A DNA stretch of 64,000 nucleotides from NCBI GenBank assembly GCA_965227295.1, contig OZ245742.1, positions 2,272,001 through 2,336,000 of the forward strand, read 5' to 3'. The DNA comes from Leptonemataceae bacterium. GTDB taxonomy: Bacteria; Spirochaetota; Leptospiria; Leptospirales; Leptonemataceae. The translations under genes and the position numbers were made by a program. This document shows positions 10,365 through 19,011 of the stretch, one piece after another. Within the stretch, counting starts at the first letter, position 1, and each line of letters starts with the position of its first letter. The notes beneath the pieces are model-generated. The model was not told the DNA's origin and did not search any database. It saw only the letters and a program-made list of their open reading frames with translations.

Positions 10365-10838
10365 TTAATGGTCCGCGTTGTCGAGATCATCAAGAAATTT
10401 CTGAGGGTTTCTGACAAATTTCGCGGCAGGAGAGGACTTCATTTCACGGAGAATTAACTTATAGTTTGCAGGAATCAACCTGCCGGACTCGGAGATAAAG
10501 ACTAGTTCGAATGTCTTTGCCAGTTCTACAATTTTGATCAAGAGAGTGTTGTCTTTTCGAAGATCAAACCTCAAACGTATCTCACTCAGATAGCCATTCT
10601 TGAAATAGCACGTTAGATCCTCGCTTTCGACGTCGCCCCAGATTTTGATGTTGGGAGACCATGAAGAAGCAGAAGGCAGAAAATCAATGGCTTTGAGCAG
10701 ATTTTCTACTTTCCCATTTTCAGCCCACCACGCTATCGAATGAAACGTGTCTTGATCAATGACCATGGGCCATTCGGTGAGATTTGATTCCACAGATTCG
10801 CGAGGAACGAGATAGAATGTAGTTTGCCATGTCGCCAT
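10365..10838 (-). CDS. Hypothetical protein, likely orphan immunity protein
   Basis: 157-aa AT-richer ORF within the toxin array, same strand. Confidence 0.6.
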   Translation of the reverse strand: MATWQTTFYLVPRESVESNLTEWPMVIDQDTFHSIAWWAENGKVENLLKAIDFLPSASSWSPNIKIWGDVESEDLTCYFKNGYLSEIRLRFDLRKDNTLLIKIVELAKTFELVFISESGRLIPANYKLILREMKSSPAAKFVRNPQKFLDDLDNADH

Positions 10839-10867
10839 GCGACTACTTCTCTCCAGCCTGGACCCGG

Positions 10868-11272
10868 CTACTTTTTTTGGATATCCTTTGTAGCTCGCTT
10901 AAGAAACCGCATTATCTCGAAAAGGTCGGACGTGGATCCGTCTTTGCCCCGGTGCACTGGAAGCAAGCGTTGCGAAGAGTTGGGCAGGTCGATCGTAAGG
11001 TATTCCGCAGTTGATTTTGACTCCGGGAACTGTATGTCCTTAATGTCCTCGTATCGAATCAATTGCCAGTGCAGGTCGGTCCGAATATGGACCCCAATCG
11101 TCGTAATCAATAAGGCGGAATCCAGAGTGTCCTCATGATTTCTAAAAATGCCGACGATTTTTTCTCCCTCTGTACACTCCGGCAAGGCGGACTGATCTAT
11201 GCGGATTCTCTCCGCCGGAGTATAACGCGACATGGGCCGGAGAATTCTGTGTGCACGTGATTCAACGTTCAT
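10868..11272 (-). CDS. Hypothetical protein, likely orphan immunity protein
   Basis: ORF from MNVESRAHRIL, preceded by what may be a short toxin-tip remnant (...KGIEAEFSQSQNKEKIEIPL*). Confidence 0.55.
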   Translation of the reverse strand: MNVESRAHRILRPMSRYTPAERIRIDQSALPECTEGEKIVGIFRNHEDTLDSALLITTIGVHIRTDLHWQLIRYEDIKDIQFPESKSTAEYLTIDLPNSSQRLLPVHRGKDGSTSDLFEIMRFLKRATKDIQKK

Positions 11273-11391
11273 ATGGTCCCTATAGCGGAATTTCGATCTT
11301 TTCTTTGTTCTGAGACTGAGAGAATTCTGCCTCAATACCCTTGCGCTTGAGCATTTCTTTAAGCAATCGACGTGGTTGTTAATTTGCGATC

Positions 11392-11793
11392 TCAGGCTGA
11401 TACAAAGTACTGACCACGATCCATGGCATCGGAGTCCATTTCTATGATCGTTTGACCGCCAGAAGGATCATATCGGATCCATTGGGTGTCATTCGTCGAA
11501 TTTTCGTCCGGGGCAGCAACCTGGGTCTGAAGAAGGCTTGCAATCTGTCCGTAGAGTGCTGTGGGCGTTTTTGAACGAAGTATATTGTTGTCAAAAAAGA
11601 GATCAATGAATGTGCGGAAATCGCCGGCAATCGGATAAAAAACGAACCAAACCGGAGACTCTCGATGTTCGGATATCTCTTCGATATTTCTCACAGCAAG
11701 GACTTGATTCGCAGGCGTATTCGTGATTGTGGATATGCACTGCCTGAGTTCAGTTGCTTCGAATGTTCCTTCGAGGATAAAGTTCAAATTCAT
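11392..11793 (-). CDS. Putative immunity protein of cassette 2
   Basis: ATG overlaps the toxin stop (ATGA); no signal peptide. Confidence 0.7.
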   Translation of the reverse strand: MNLNFILEGTFEATELRQCISTITNTPANQVLAVRNIEEISEHRESPVWFVFYPIAGDFRTFIDLFFDNNILRSKTPTALYGQIASLLQTQVAAPDENSTNDTQWIRYDPSGGQTIIEMDSDAMDRGQYFVSA

Positions 11794-13634
11794 TTTTTTG
11801 CCAACTTCCAAACTTCTCGCGCTCTGTTGATATCTTCAAGGGGAATCTTCATTCTATCCAATATGTCACGCGAATATGGTGTGTCACCGAGCTGGTTGAG
11901 CACTCCGAGTGCCTTAAACTGAGCACGGTTGAGAAAGTGGAAGCCATCACCGGCAACGGGGAAAAGCGTACCGTTCGGCTTGATGCCGTATATTCTTCCA
12001 TTAATGATAAAATGGTCATTTAGGAGAATACCATTCCCTGCGTTAATTTCCGCGACGTCTGCATCAACGTCAACCCACGACTCGATTACGGTGTTTTTAT
12101 CCTTGGCTACTGTTCTCTGATTGACCCGATCTAGTGAGTGGCGGGATGCTGGTTTTCGAAATTCCTCACCACGTCTCTCCGGGTCTTCCGTGTAGTTGTC
12201 ACCCTGACGATCGCGTTCATTGCGTTCCTCCTGGCTCTCATCCGAATAGCGCGCTGGTGGAGGTTTCACTTCCTCTCCGGAATCGGGTACGCTTCCATCG
12301 CCCGGACGCCCGTCTTCAGGGTCGCCACTTATTAGCTCCGGCGGTTTATCATCCGCCGTGCACCACATTACACAAGCAGTACCGGCCCGGATAAGTCCCA
12401 GGGCTACCAGAGCATTAACTCCTGCTGTCCAAATCCAGTTGGCGTAATTGTGAACGAGAATGGAAGAATCCGAAACGAAATAGGTATGGCTTCCGGCAAC
12501 TTCGAAATTGTAGACCGTGGCCCGGCCCGGCTCAATAGTAATTCTGACAATCTCAAGGGAGGCTCCGGATCCAAGGAGAGAGAGCTGTCCCTCACGAAGC
12601 TTCTCCGCTTTTACCCAGCCTGCTCCAACGATATAAAATGGGTGGTTCCAGGTAGTTTTAACTTCGACTCCGTTGGAATAAAGAATTCTATAAATCTGAT
12701 CCGCTTCTCTGGCATATGTCTTCGTAACGGGAGCGTAGAGAGTCTTGCCGGCAACTTCATCGAAGCTGAGGACACGATCGCCGGCCTCAATGTTTTCGAT
12801 GAGTTTATAGGACTCTGCGTTTCGTTTGAAAGCTCCCGCGGTTTCTGGATGTACTTGCACAAGCGTACCGGCCACGAAACACGTCCGAAACTGGAACTCC
12901 CCATTCTCATCGATCCAGCCGTTCACGTTACTCGCATCGCCACCGAACAAGAACGCCAGCTCATCCCCGATGCCACCGAGCAACTCCGACAACCAACCTT
13001 CCCGCGAACCGCCGATAAACCCCGCATCAATCAACGCATCCCGAATCGGCCCTTCTTCATGTGCCAGTTCCGGATTTTCGCGTAGCTTCTCCGCCTGCTC
13101 CGGCGTAAGCTTGCCGTCTTCCAGGAGTTCATCAATCTTCGCGAGTCGCTGTTCCTCCCACGCCGTTACATTCCCTAACTGCTTATCAAGATCACGTAAC
13201 TCATCGCGGATTTGCTCCAGCCGCTCCGGCGACGTATTCGGATTCGCCGCTTCCAGCTCCAGTTCCGCTTTTAGCGTGTGAATCCCGAGCGCTGCCTTTT
13301 CCAGCGATTGAATCTCGAAGTCCGTCGTAATTCCCTGCGACGCCGTAACATGTCCGTCTCCGAAGTTAAACGTTGTGCCGACACCCGTCCCGATGCCGTG
13401 AAAGCCGGCCTGCGTAATGTCGCTCACACCGACGCTCTGCTGAAACGAAAGATCCCACGTATCGTTCGCATTGTACGTCAGCCCCGTGCCGACGCTGTGA
13501 CCGTAACTGTATTGACCCTCGCGTCCATCCCACGCCGTACTCACGCCGCCGGTAAAGCTCAGGTCGCTGCCCGTCGGTCCGAAACCCATGCCCACGTTCC
13601 ACGAGGCCTGGCCCAGGTTATTGTGAATGTTGCT
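11790..13634 (-). CDS. Orphan toxin cassette 2: truncated scaffold + HINT + unrecognised toxin domain
   Basis: Scaffold from SNIHNNLG; CFVAGTLV...ILVHN; hydrophobic segment, acidic linker, then ...GRIYGIKPNGTLFPVAGDG... tip. Confidence 0.85.
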   Translation of the reverse strand, partial: SNIHNNLGQASWNVGMGFGPTGSDLSFTGGVSTAWDGREGQYSYGHSVGTGLTYNANDTWDLSFQQSVGVSDITQAGFHGIGTGVGTTFNFGDGHVTASQGITTDFEIQSLEKAALGIHTLKAELELEAANPNTSPERLEQIRDELRDLDKQLGNVTAWEEQRLAKIDELLEDGKLTPEQAEKLRENPELAHEEGPIRDALIDAGFIGGSREGWLSELLGGIGDELAFLFGGDASNVNGWIDENGEFQFRTCFVAGTLVQVHPETAGAFKRNAESYKLIENIEAGDRVLSFDEVAGKTLYAPVTKTYAREADQIYRILYSNGVEVKTTWNHPFYIVGAGWVKAEKLREGQLSLLGSGASLEIVRITIEPGRATVYNFEVAGSHTYFVSDSSILVHNYANWIWTAGVNALVALGLIRAGTACVMWCTADDKPPELISGDPEDGRPGDGSVPDSGEEVKPPPARYSDESQEERNERDRQGDNYTEDPERRGEEFRKPASRHSLDRVNQRTVAKDKNTVIESWVDVDADVAEINAGNGILLNDHFIINGRIYGIKPNGTLFPVAGDGFHFLNRAQFKALGVLNQLGDTPYSRDILDRMKIPLEDINRAREVWKLAKK

Positions 13635-13639
13635 TATTT

Positions 13640-13763
13640 GGGCGTTCCGGCCGGCGCCAGGCCCAGGCGCCGGCCGTCGTGCTGCTCCGGGCTCCGCTTC
13701 GCTGCGGTCTCGCGAAGACGCGAGACTGGCGCTGCGCGCCACCCTGCGCATCACTAACGCTTG
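13640..13763 (+). repeat. Structured cassette-boundary element, divergent copy A3
   Basis: GGGCGTT...ATCACTAACGC; same layout as A1 with compensatory changes in four stems. Confidence 0.85.
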
Positions 13764-14039
13764 CGAATCCAACGTTAGTCGCGAAGAACCGAACGACCCC
13801 GTGGGTCGCGGTGCGAATTCCGCACACGTGTGCGAAATTCAGCATATCACTTCGGCAGAGGCGGACCTCTGCTAACCTATCTCGCCGCAATGTGTCCGTT
13901 CAGACTCCCTGCGCGCCTGTTAAAGATCCCCTGATCTCATCCGAAACACGGCCCTCACAGCAGTTATTTCGGCGTGCCTGTTGAGCACATTTCGTCAATA
14001 ATGCTACATGCAATATACGTTTGCAACTCTAATCGTACC

Positions 14040-14614
14040 GCTTGAAAGACAATCCTGCCTGGGGACCGCACGAAATTCAGCGAGAAATGATTGCGCTGGG
14101 TTTTCTCGAACGCCATCCTGCACAGACGTTTCTCAATCTGCATCGCGACCGCATTGCGGCAATGGATTTCTTTGTGGTGTATCTCTGAAACTTCGTACCC
14201 GTGTATGTTTTTTTTAGTCATCGGCCATGCTATGGCAGGCATAATGTTCTGCACGTGAATGTTACGAGGCATCCCACGTTCGCACGGGTGAAGCAGCAGT
14301 TGCGCGCGGCGTTTCCGGGCGATCACGATGCACGGTTTCTCGTTCACGACAACGAGCCCGTGTTTCAGGCGTGCCGGAGATTTATGGAAACCTGCCTGGA
14401 TATTGCGCCGCTGCGAACTGCGCTGTGCTCGCCGTGGCAAAATGGAATCGCGGAACGTTTCGTGAAGATTGCACGGAACATGTGTACGGATCACATTGTG
14501 CCGTTGAGTGAGCGGCACTTGTTGAAAGTCATGCGCGAGTTTGCGCAGTACTACAACGATGACCGTGGTCATTCACTTTCAAACTCGGACATTCTCGGCT
14601 CTCATCTTATCTAA
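14040..14614 (+). mobile_element. Degraded IS transposase, integrase core (rve; IS3/IS481-like) pseudogene
   Basis: DNPAWG..IQ.E, AMDFFVV, HVNVTRHPT, FLVHDN, SPWQNGIAERFV, YYN..R.H; contains a stop and frameshifts. Confidence 0.8.
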
Positions 14615-14955
14615 GTTGTGATCAGGGTCCATTCGCAGTAGGGTAAAGGTAAAAGATGGAGTGTTGCCTGAGCGGCGAAGCCTTCGATTTGGAAGAGAAT
14701 CTTGAGAAAAGGGCCATGGTGCCCTTCCAGGATTTCGATCTCCTCCGCCTTTTCAGAGGAAATCAAAGCTATGGTCCTTCCTCCGGTTCTGAGAATTACC
14801 TGAAAGGAGTCTTCCACTCCACTGAAGGAAAATTCCAACTCCGTATTTTCCTTCTCGTAGGAGAGTAAGAAGCGGTAAAATGATTCTTCTACGTTCTTTT
14901 CTATTGGCTCAATATCCAGCGCCTCAAGAAACTCTAATTCCGTGGGATGTTTCAT
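14611..14955 (-). CDS. Putative orphan immunity protein
   Basis: 114 aa, acidic; follows the decayed toxin tip at 14959-15260. Confidence 0.6.
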   Translation of the reverse strand: MKHPTELEFLEALDIEPIEKNVEESFYRFLLSYEKENTELEFSFSGVEDSFQVILRTGGRTIALISSEKAEEIEILEGHHGPFLKILFQIEGFAAQATLHLLPLPYCEWTLITT

Positions 14956-14958
14956 CCT

Positions 14959-15260
14959 TTATGGTGCTCCTCTAAACGGTATCGTTGTGGAAAGCTTGCG
15001 TGTCCCGTCATCTTCAGCATGTCCTAATTTCTTGGCCAGTGCACGGGCTCCCTCGTGAATACGCGGATCGAGACTGTGCAGTGCTGGCCAGAACTCGGCT
15101 TAGCATCCGTTGAGCGTATGCAGCCGATCCTGCGCCGCCGCCAATCCCAAGTCCTACCAGCCATTGGCCGGGGCCGGTAGACGTTAACCATAAAGAGGCA
15201 GGACCGCAAAACGCCCAACACCCAATGGTGGTTCCCGCCAGTCCGGCTCCGATGAACTCT
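14959..15260 (-). pseudogene. Decayed toxin C-terminal fragment
   Basis: Manual translation EFIGAGLAGTTIGCWAFCGPASLWL...GLGIGGGAGSAA, then a frameshift to GARALAKKLGHA...PFRGAP*. Confidence 0.5.
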
Positions 15261-15371
15261 TATAGAACCTTGAATTCCGGTCATAGCCGCTTCGCTTGCT
15301 GCTACTTTCAAGACCGCAATCTCGGGGCCCTTACTTCCACCTTGCGAATCGTACCTGCTACCATGTTTTGT

Positions 15372-15785
15372 TTATTGATCGGAAAGAAAGAACAGATGCG
15401 AGTCGGGGAGGCGCTTTACTATAGCGGCTTTTTCCAGGCATGCGAGAGCATCGGCAACAAGCTTATGATTCTGCCATTCTGGAAAGTGTGCTACATGATT
15501 CGAAGCAAATCGGTAGAGGCGCCATGCGTCAAACCCGTCAACTCGACCATTGGGACCAAAGTCGAAATCAACTATTTCGCCTCCCTTAAGGTCTTCAATC
15601 GTACAACCCATTCCATGGAAAGTTATCGTCCAATGTTTCCCTGGAACCTCCTCACCCGAGCGTATCAGGCGCTTTCTATGTGCTCGCAATAAATCACTTT
15701 CAGAAAACGCATCCGTCAATTCCTGAAATACAGATGTTGTCGTACGTACATATTCATTTATGAGCGGAATCAGATCTAAATTCAT
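15372..15785 (-). CDS. Putative immunity protein of cassette 1 (DUF6896-like)
   Basis: FHGMGC...VDFDFGPNGRVDGFDAWRL; starts 2 nt after the toxin stop. Confidence 0.7.
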   Translation of the reverse strand: MNLDLIPLINEYVRTTTSVFQELTDAFSESDLLRAHRKRLIRSGEEVPGKHWTITFHGMGCTIEDLKGGEIVDFDFGPNGRVDGFDAWRLYRFASNHVAHFPEWQNHKLVADALACLEKAAIVKRLPDSHLFFLSDQ

Positions 15786-15787
15786 TT

Positions 15788-17566
15788 CTACCTCAGCTTG
15801 TCGGGGCCGGCTTCGACGGCGTGCCAGAGAATTTCATCAAGTGACCCGTACTTGTACTTCGTCAAAGCCTCAGCCTCATCGAGGACTTTGTAATGTACAT
15901 CAATTTTCGCACGTGCTGCTGCGGCAACGCGGTGATGGCCATCAAGAACATACTTACGGCCGTGGATGATGACTACTTCGATTGGATCCCCAATCCAGCC
16001 ATCTTGACGCATGCTTGCTGCCAGCTTCCTGACTGTATCCGAAGAAGCATTACCTCCAATGGAATGAGTCTTAAAGAACTCAGACGGTCCGGCTGTTCGT
16101 ATGGCGGGAACGATGCCCTGCCGCCCGGCAAACAACCTCGCGGCCCCGGCAGTCGTCAGCCTGAATCCAGTCCGTAGCGCCGAACCGATACCCCACACGG
16201 TCAGATAGTAATCGACCATACTCGGCACTTCGTCAATCGCACTACCGCCGAGAACCACGCCGTCTTTGCTCACGAATTCGAACGAATCACCGAAGTCATA
16301 CACCGCGCCGATCGAATCCCAGAGTTCCATCGGTACATTGTTAGCGTGCAGAAATTCTCTGCGTTCGATCTCGGTCAGCGCGGCTTCGATTTCTTCCTCC
16401 GGAACATTGACCGACTCAAGGAACATGCGCGTATTAGCAGCCACGTCGCCGTCACCATCGAGGATGCCGTTGTCGGCCATATGCAGGGCCTGCTGGACGA
16501 GATTGCGTTCGAGCAGGTCCGGATCGGGAGCGTCCGGGAAAGCGTGCTTCGGCGCCGTGCGGACCTGGCCGCTGTCAATCTTCTGTTGCACCCATCGATC
16601 GTAAGCATCGCCCGGGGCGTTGTGGACGAGCAGGTCCGACGTCGTCACATGATAGCTATGAGCGTTTGCTACTTCGAAGTTGTAGACGGTTTCGTTACCT
16701 TGCCCAATCTCGATCCCGACGATTTGATTCGTGCCGGTACTCGTCTGCGAGCGATCACCGACAGTGAGCCGTTCCGCCTGAGTCCAGCCTTTCCCCGCGA
16801 TCCAGAACGGGTGGTCATGCGTCGCCTGCACGGTCATTCCGTCTTCATAGGAAATCGTAAAGATACGATCAGAAGATCTTACGAACGTTCGCAGCACCCG
16901 GTTCCACTCAAGTCGGCCGGTCCTTTCGTCCCACGAAAGGACCACGTCGCCTCGAACGACCTCTTCGATCTTCTTGTAATACCTGCCCTGGATTTCGATC
17001 GCCGCATATGTTGCCGGAGCGACCCGCACGAGTGTGCCGGCCACAAAACAGGTGTTAAATTCAAACTCCCCGTTCTCATCAATCCAGCCGTTCACGTTGC
17101 TTGCATCGCCACCAAACAAGAACGCCAGCTCATCCCCGATGCCACCGAGCAACTCCGACAACCAGCCTTCCCGCGAACCGCCGATAAACCCCGCATCAAT
17201 CAACGCATCCCGAATCGGTCCTTCTTCATGCGCAAGTTCCGGATTCTCGCGCAGCTTCTCCGCCTGCTCCGGCGTAAGCTTGTCGTCTTTCACGAGCTCA
17301 TCAATCTTCGCGAGTCGCTGCTCTTCCCACGCCGTTACATTTCCTAACTGCTTATCAAGATCACTTAACTCATCGCGAATCTCATCCAACCGCTCCAGCG
17401 ACGTATTCGGATTGGCCGCTTCCAGCTCCAGTTCCGCTTTTAGCGTATGAATCCCGAGCGCCGCCTTTTCCAGCGATTGAACCTCGAAGTCCGTTGTAAT
17501 TCCCTGCGACGCCGTAACATGTCCGTCTCCGAAGTTAAACGTGGTCCCGACACCGGTCCCGACGCT
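15788..17566 (-). CDS. Orphan toxin cassette 1: truncated scaffold + HINT + ParB/Srx-fold toxin
   Basis: CFVAGTLV...LLVHN; SMRQDGWIGDPIEV...YVLDGHHRVAAA; preceded in frame by TAA TGA. Confidence 0.85.
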   Translation of the reverse strand, partial: SVGTGVGTTFNFGDGHVTASQGITTDFEVQSLEKAALGIHTLKAELELEAANPNTSLERLDEIRDELSDLDKQLGNVTAWEEQRLAKIDELVKDDKLTPEQAEKLRENPELAHEEGPIRDALIDAGFIGGSREGWLSELLGGIGDELAFLFGGDASNVNGWIDENGEFEFNTCFVAGTLVRVAPATYAAIEIQGRYYKKIEEVVRGDVVLSWDERTGRLEWNRVLRTFVRSSDRIFTISYEDGMTVQATHDHPFWIAGKGWTQAERLTVGDRSQTSTGTNQIVGIEIGQGNETVYNFEVANAHSYHVTTSDLLVHNAPGDAYDRWVQQKIDSGQVRTAPKHAFPDAPDPDLLERNLVQQALHMADNGILDGDGDVAANTRMFLESVNVPEEEIEAALTEIERREFLHANNVPMELWDSIGAVYDFGDSFEFVSKDGVVLGGSAIDEVPSMVDYYLTVWGIGSALRTGFRLTTAGAARLFAGRQGIVPAIRTAGPSEFFKTHSIGGNASSDTVRKLAASMRQDGWIGDPIEVVIIHGRKYVLDGHHRVAAAARAKIDVHYKVLDEAEALTKYKYGSLDEILWHAVEAGPDKLR

Positions 17567-17572
17567 TCATTA

Positions 17573-17711
17573 GGGCGTGCCGGCCCGCCGCGCCGCGGAG
17601 GCGGCGGGCCGTCGCGCTGCTCCGGGCTCCGCTTCGCTTCGGTCTCGCGAAGACGCGAGACTCGCGCTATCGCGCGACCCTGCGCATCGCTCACGCTTGT
17701 GGTTCGGGGCG
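17573..17711 (+). repeat. Structured cassette-boundary element, copy A4
   Basis: Same 139-bp sequence as 7754-7892. Confidence 0.9.
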
Positions 17712-17817
17712 CTTTCTCACAAGAACTGGTGGATTGCCGTCGCCTGGGGAGGAAGCGAAGAAAAGACGCGGAAGCAGAGTGGATTGGACCTCGTCTTTAT
17801 GGAGTCAGGACGAGTCT

Positions 17818-18279
17818 CTAAAGATTTTCAAATTCTCGCCAGCCTTTTGTTTCTGCGTCGGATAAAAGGGGATCCTCTCCACGACCACCGTCGCCAATTG
17901 CAAACTCTATTTTCTTGTCATTGGAAAATTTCTTAAGAACATCGTTGATTGTTTCAATGGGTTCTCCGGCCTGTATCATGCTCAGGCCCGAATCCACGAT
18001 AGAATGATACTGTGTGAGACAGTGTCGCTCTCTTTCGGCGACTGCGATCAATCCCCTCTGGATTGAATCCGGAGAAGCGCCCTTCAAGATAGCTGTCAGT
18101 CCAAAGGCGAGGCTTTCATCCTTAATCTCTGATGCTATTTCCTTAAGCGAGGCAAGGCCTTTTTCATCGGCCACTCTGGCAACAGACAATAGAATCGCGA
18201 TTTTGACCGGCAGGCTTTGGAATCGCAGATCGTGCTTGAGGATAGTCTTGAGTTCTTCGAGTGAATATAACTTTATCAT
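17818..18279 (-). CDS. Hypothetical protein resembling MotA cytoplasmic segments without TM helices
   Basis: GGAG RBS; ADEKGLASL...IKDESLAFGLTAILKGASPDSI and IVDSGLSMIQAGEP recall MotA ARxEGLLAL..DxFLxxGLxxxxDG and EGxxxIQxGExP. Confidence 0.5.
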   Translation of the reverse strand: MIKLYSLEELKTILKHDLRFQSLPVKIAILLSVARVADEKGLASLKEIASEIKDESLAFGLTAILKGASPDSIQRGLIAVAERERHCLTQYHSIVDSGLSMIQAGEPIETINDVLKKFSNDKKIEFAIGDGGRGEDPLLSDAETKGWREFENL

Positions 18280-18324
18280 TGATTCTCCATGCCCAATCAA
18301 TAGCTTCCTACGCGCTCTTCGATT

Positions 18325-18474
18325 ACACTTATTGCATAGAGCTTTGAACCCAGACCACATTCATTAGAGTCTGTGCAATACGGCTGAGCCAGAGTACAGG
18401 CAAGAACGATAAATAAGCCAGGTTTGCGTATCTGTTTAACATCCCAGATTCGGCTCATGGGCACCGCCTACTTC
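18325..18474 (-). pseudogene. Relic copy of the cassette-3 toxin/immunity junction
   Basis: 18325-18444 matches about 8360-8479 with ATG changed to ATA; 18447-18474 matches 8862-8889. Confidence 0.8.
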
Positions 18475-18536
18475 AGCCGACCCCCATCAGTATGAAGTCC
18501 GGTTAATAGAACGCCTGGCATCTCATTTTCGTAATC

Positions 18537-19001
18537 TCAGGGTTCAGGATAAAGTGCATAGAAGTAACAGCCCTCACATGATTGCGGCAGTTTTTCGCGC
18601 ACAATCCGATATGTAGCATCCCGGGCGGCTCTGTTGCCCTGGCCCGGCAGAAATCCCATGGAAATAGTGGACTGGCGCAGACCATACTGCGGATATTCAA
18701 TGGAGCAAACGAGTGATGTTCCCTTTACAAAGAGCAATCGTCTCTTTGAATCCGGTATGTCCTCTGAATACGGGAATTCTAATATCGCGCTAACTTCGTC
18801 TGAGAACATTGGTCCACCAAACTCGTATATCCAATCCCAGTCTCCTCCGATCAAGTCGGACATCCTGGCCCGGCAGTTCTCGAAGTCCTCGCAGTAGGAC
18901 TCGATGCGTGGAATAAGACTACAATCGCGCATCTGTTGTTTGCACGCAGGTTCTATCGCAACCAAGAACAATACTATAATGAGCAGTACTGCCTTATACA
19001 T
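18537..19001 (-). CDS. Cognate immunity protein of the full-length toxin (exported, Cys-rich)
   Basis: Signal peptide MYKAVLLIIVLFLVAIEPAC; directly downstream of the toxin; paralog of 7981-8466. Confidence 0.75.
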   Translation of the reverse strand: MYKAVLLIIVLFLVAIEPACKQQMRDCSLIPRIESYCEDFENCRARMSDLIGGDWDWIYEFGGPMFSDEVSAILEFPYSEDIPDSKRRLLFVKGTSLVCSIEYPQYGLRQSTISMGFLPGQGNRAARDATYRIVREKLPQSCEGCYFYALYPEP

Positions 19002-19011
19002 CGTAGTTGGC

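Noticed and set aside
13635..13772. N-terminal 46 aa of ORF 11790..13772
   Set aside because: Translation through the structured element from a TTG; not homologous to the full-length toxin
15024..15311. 95-aa ORF as a real gene
   Set aside because: A different, broken frame in this region looks more protein-like (toxin relic)
7754..17711. Canonical integron attC sites
   Set aside because: The elements lack RYYYAAC...GTTRRRY ends and there is no intI in the window; the attC analogy is functional only
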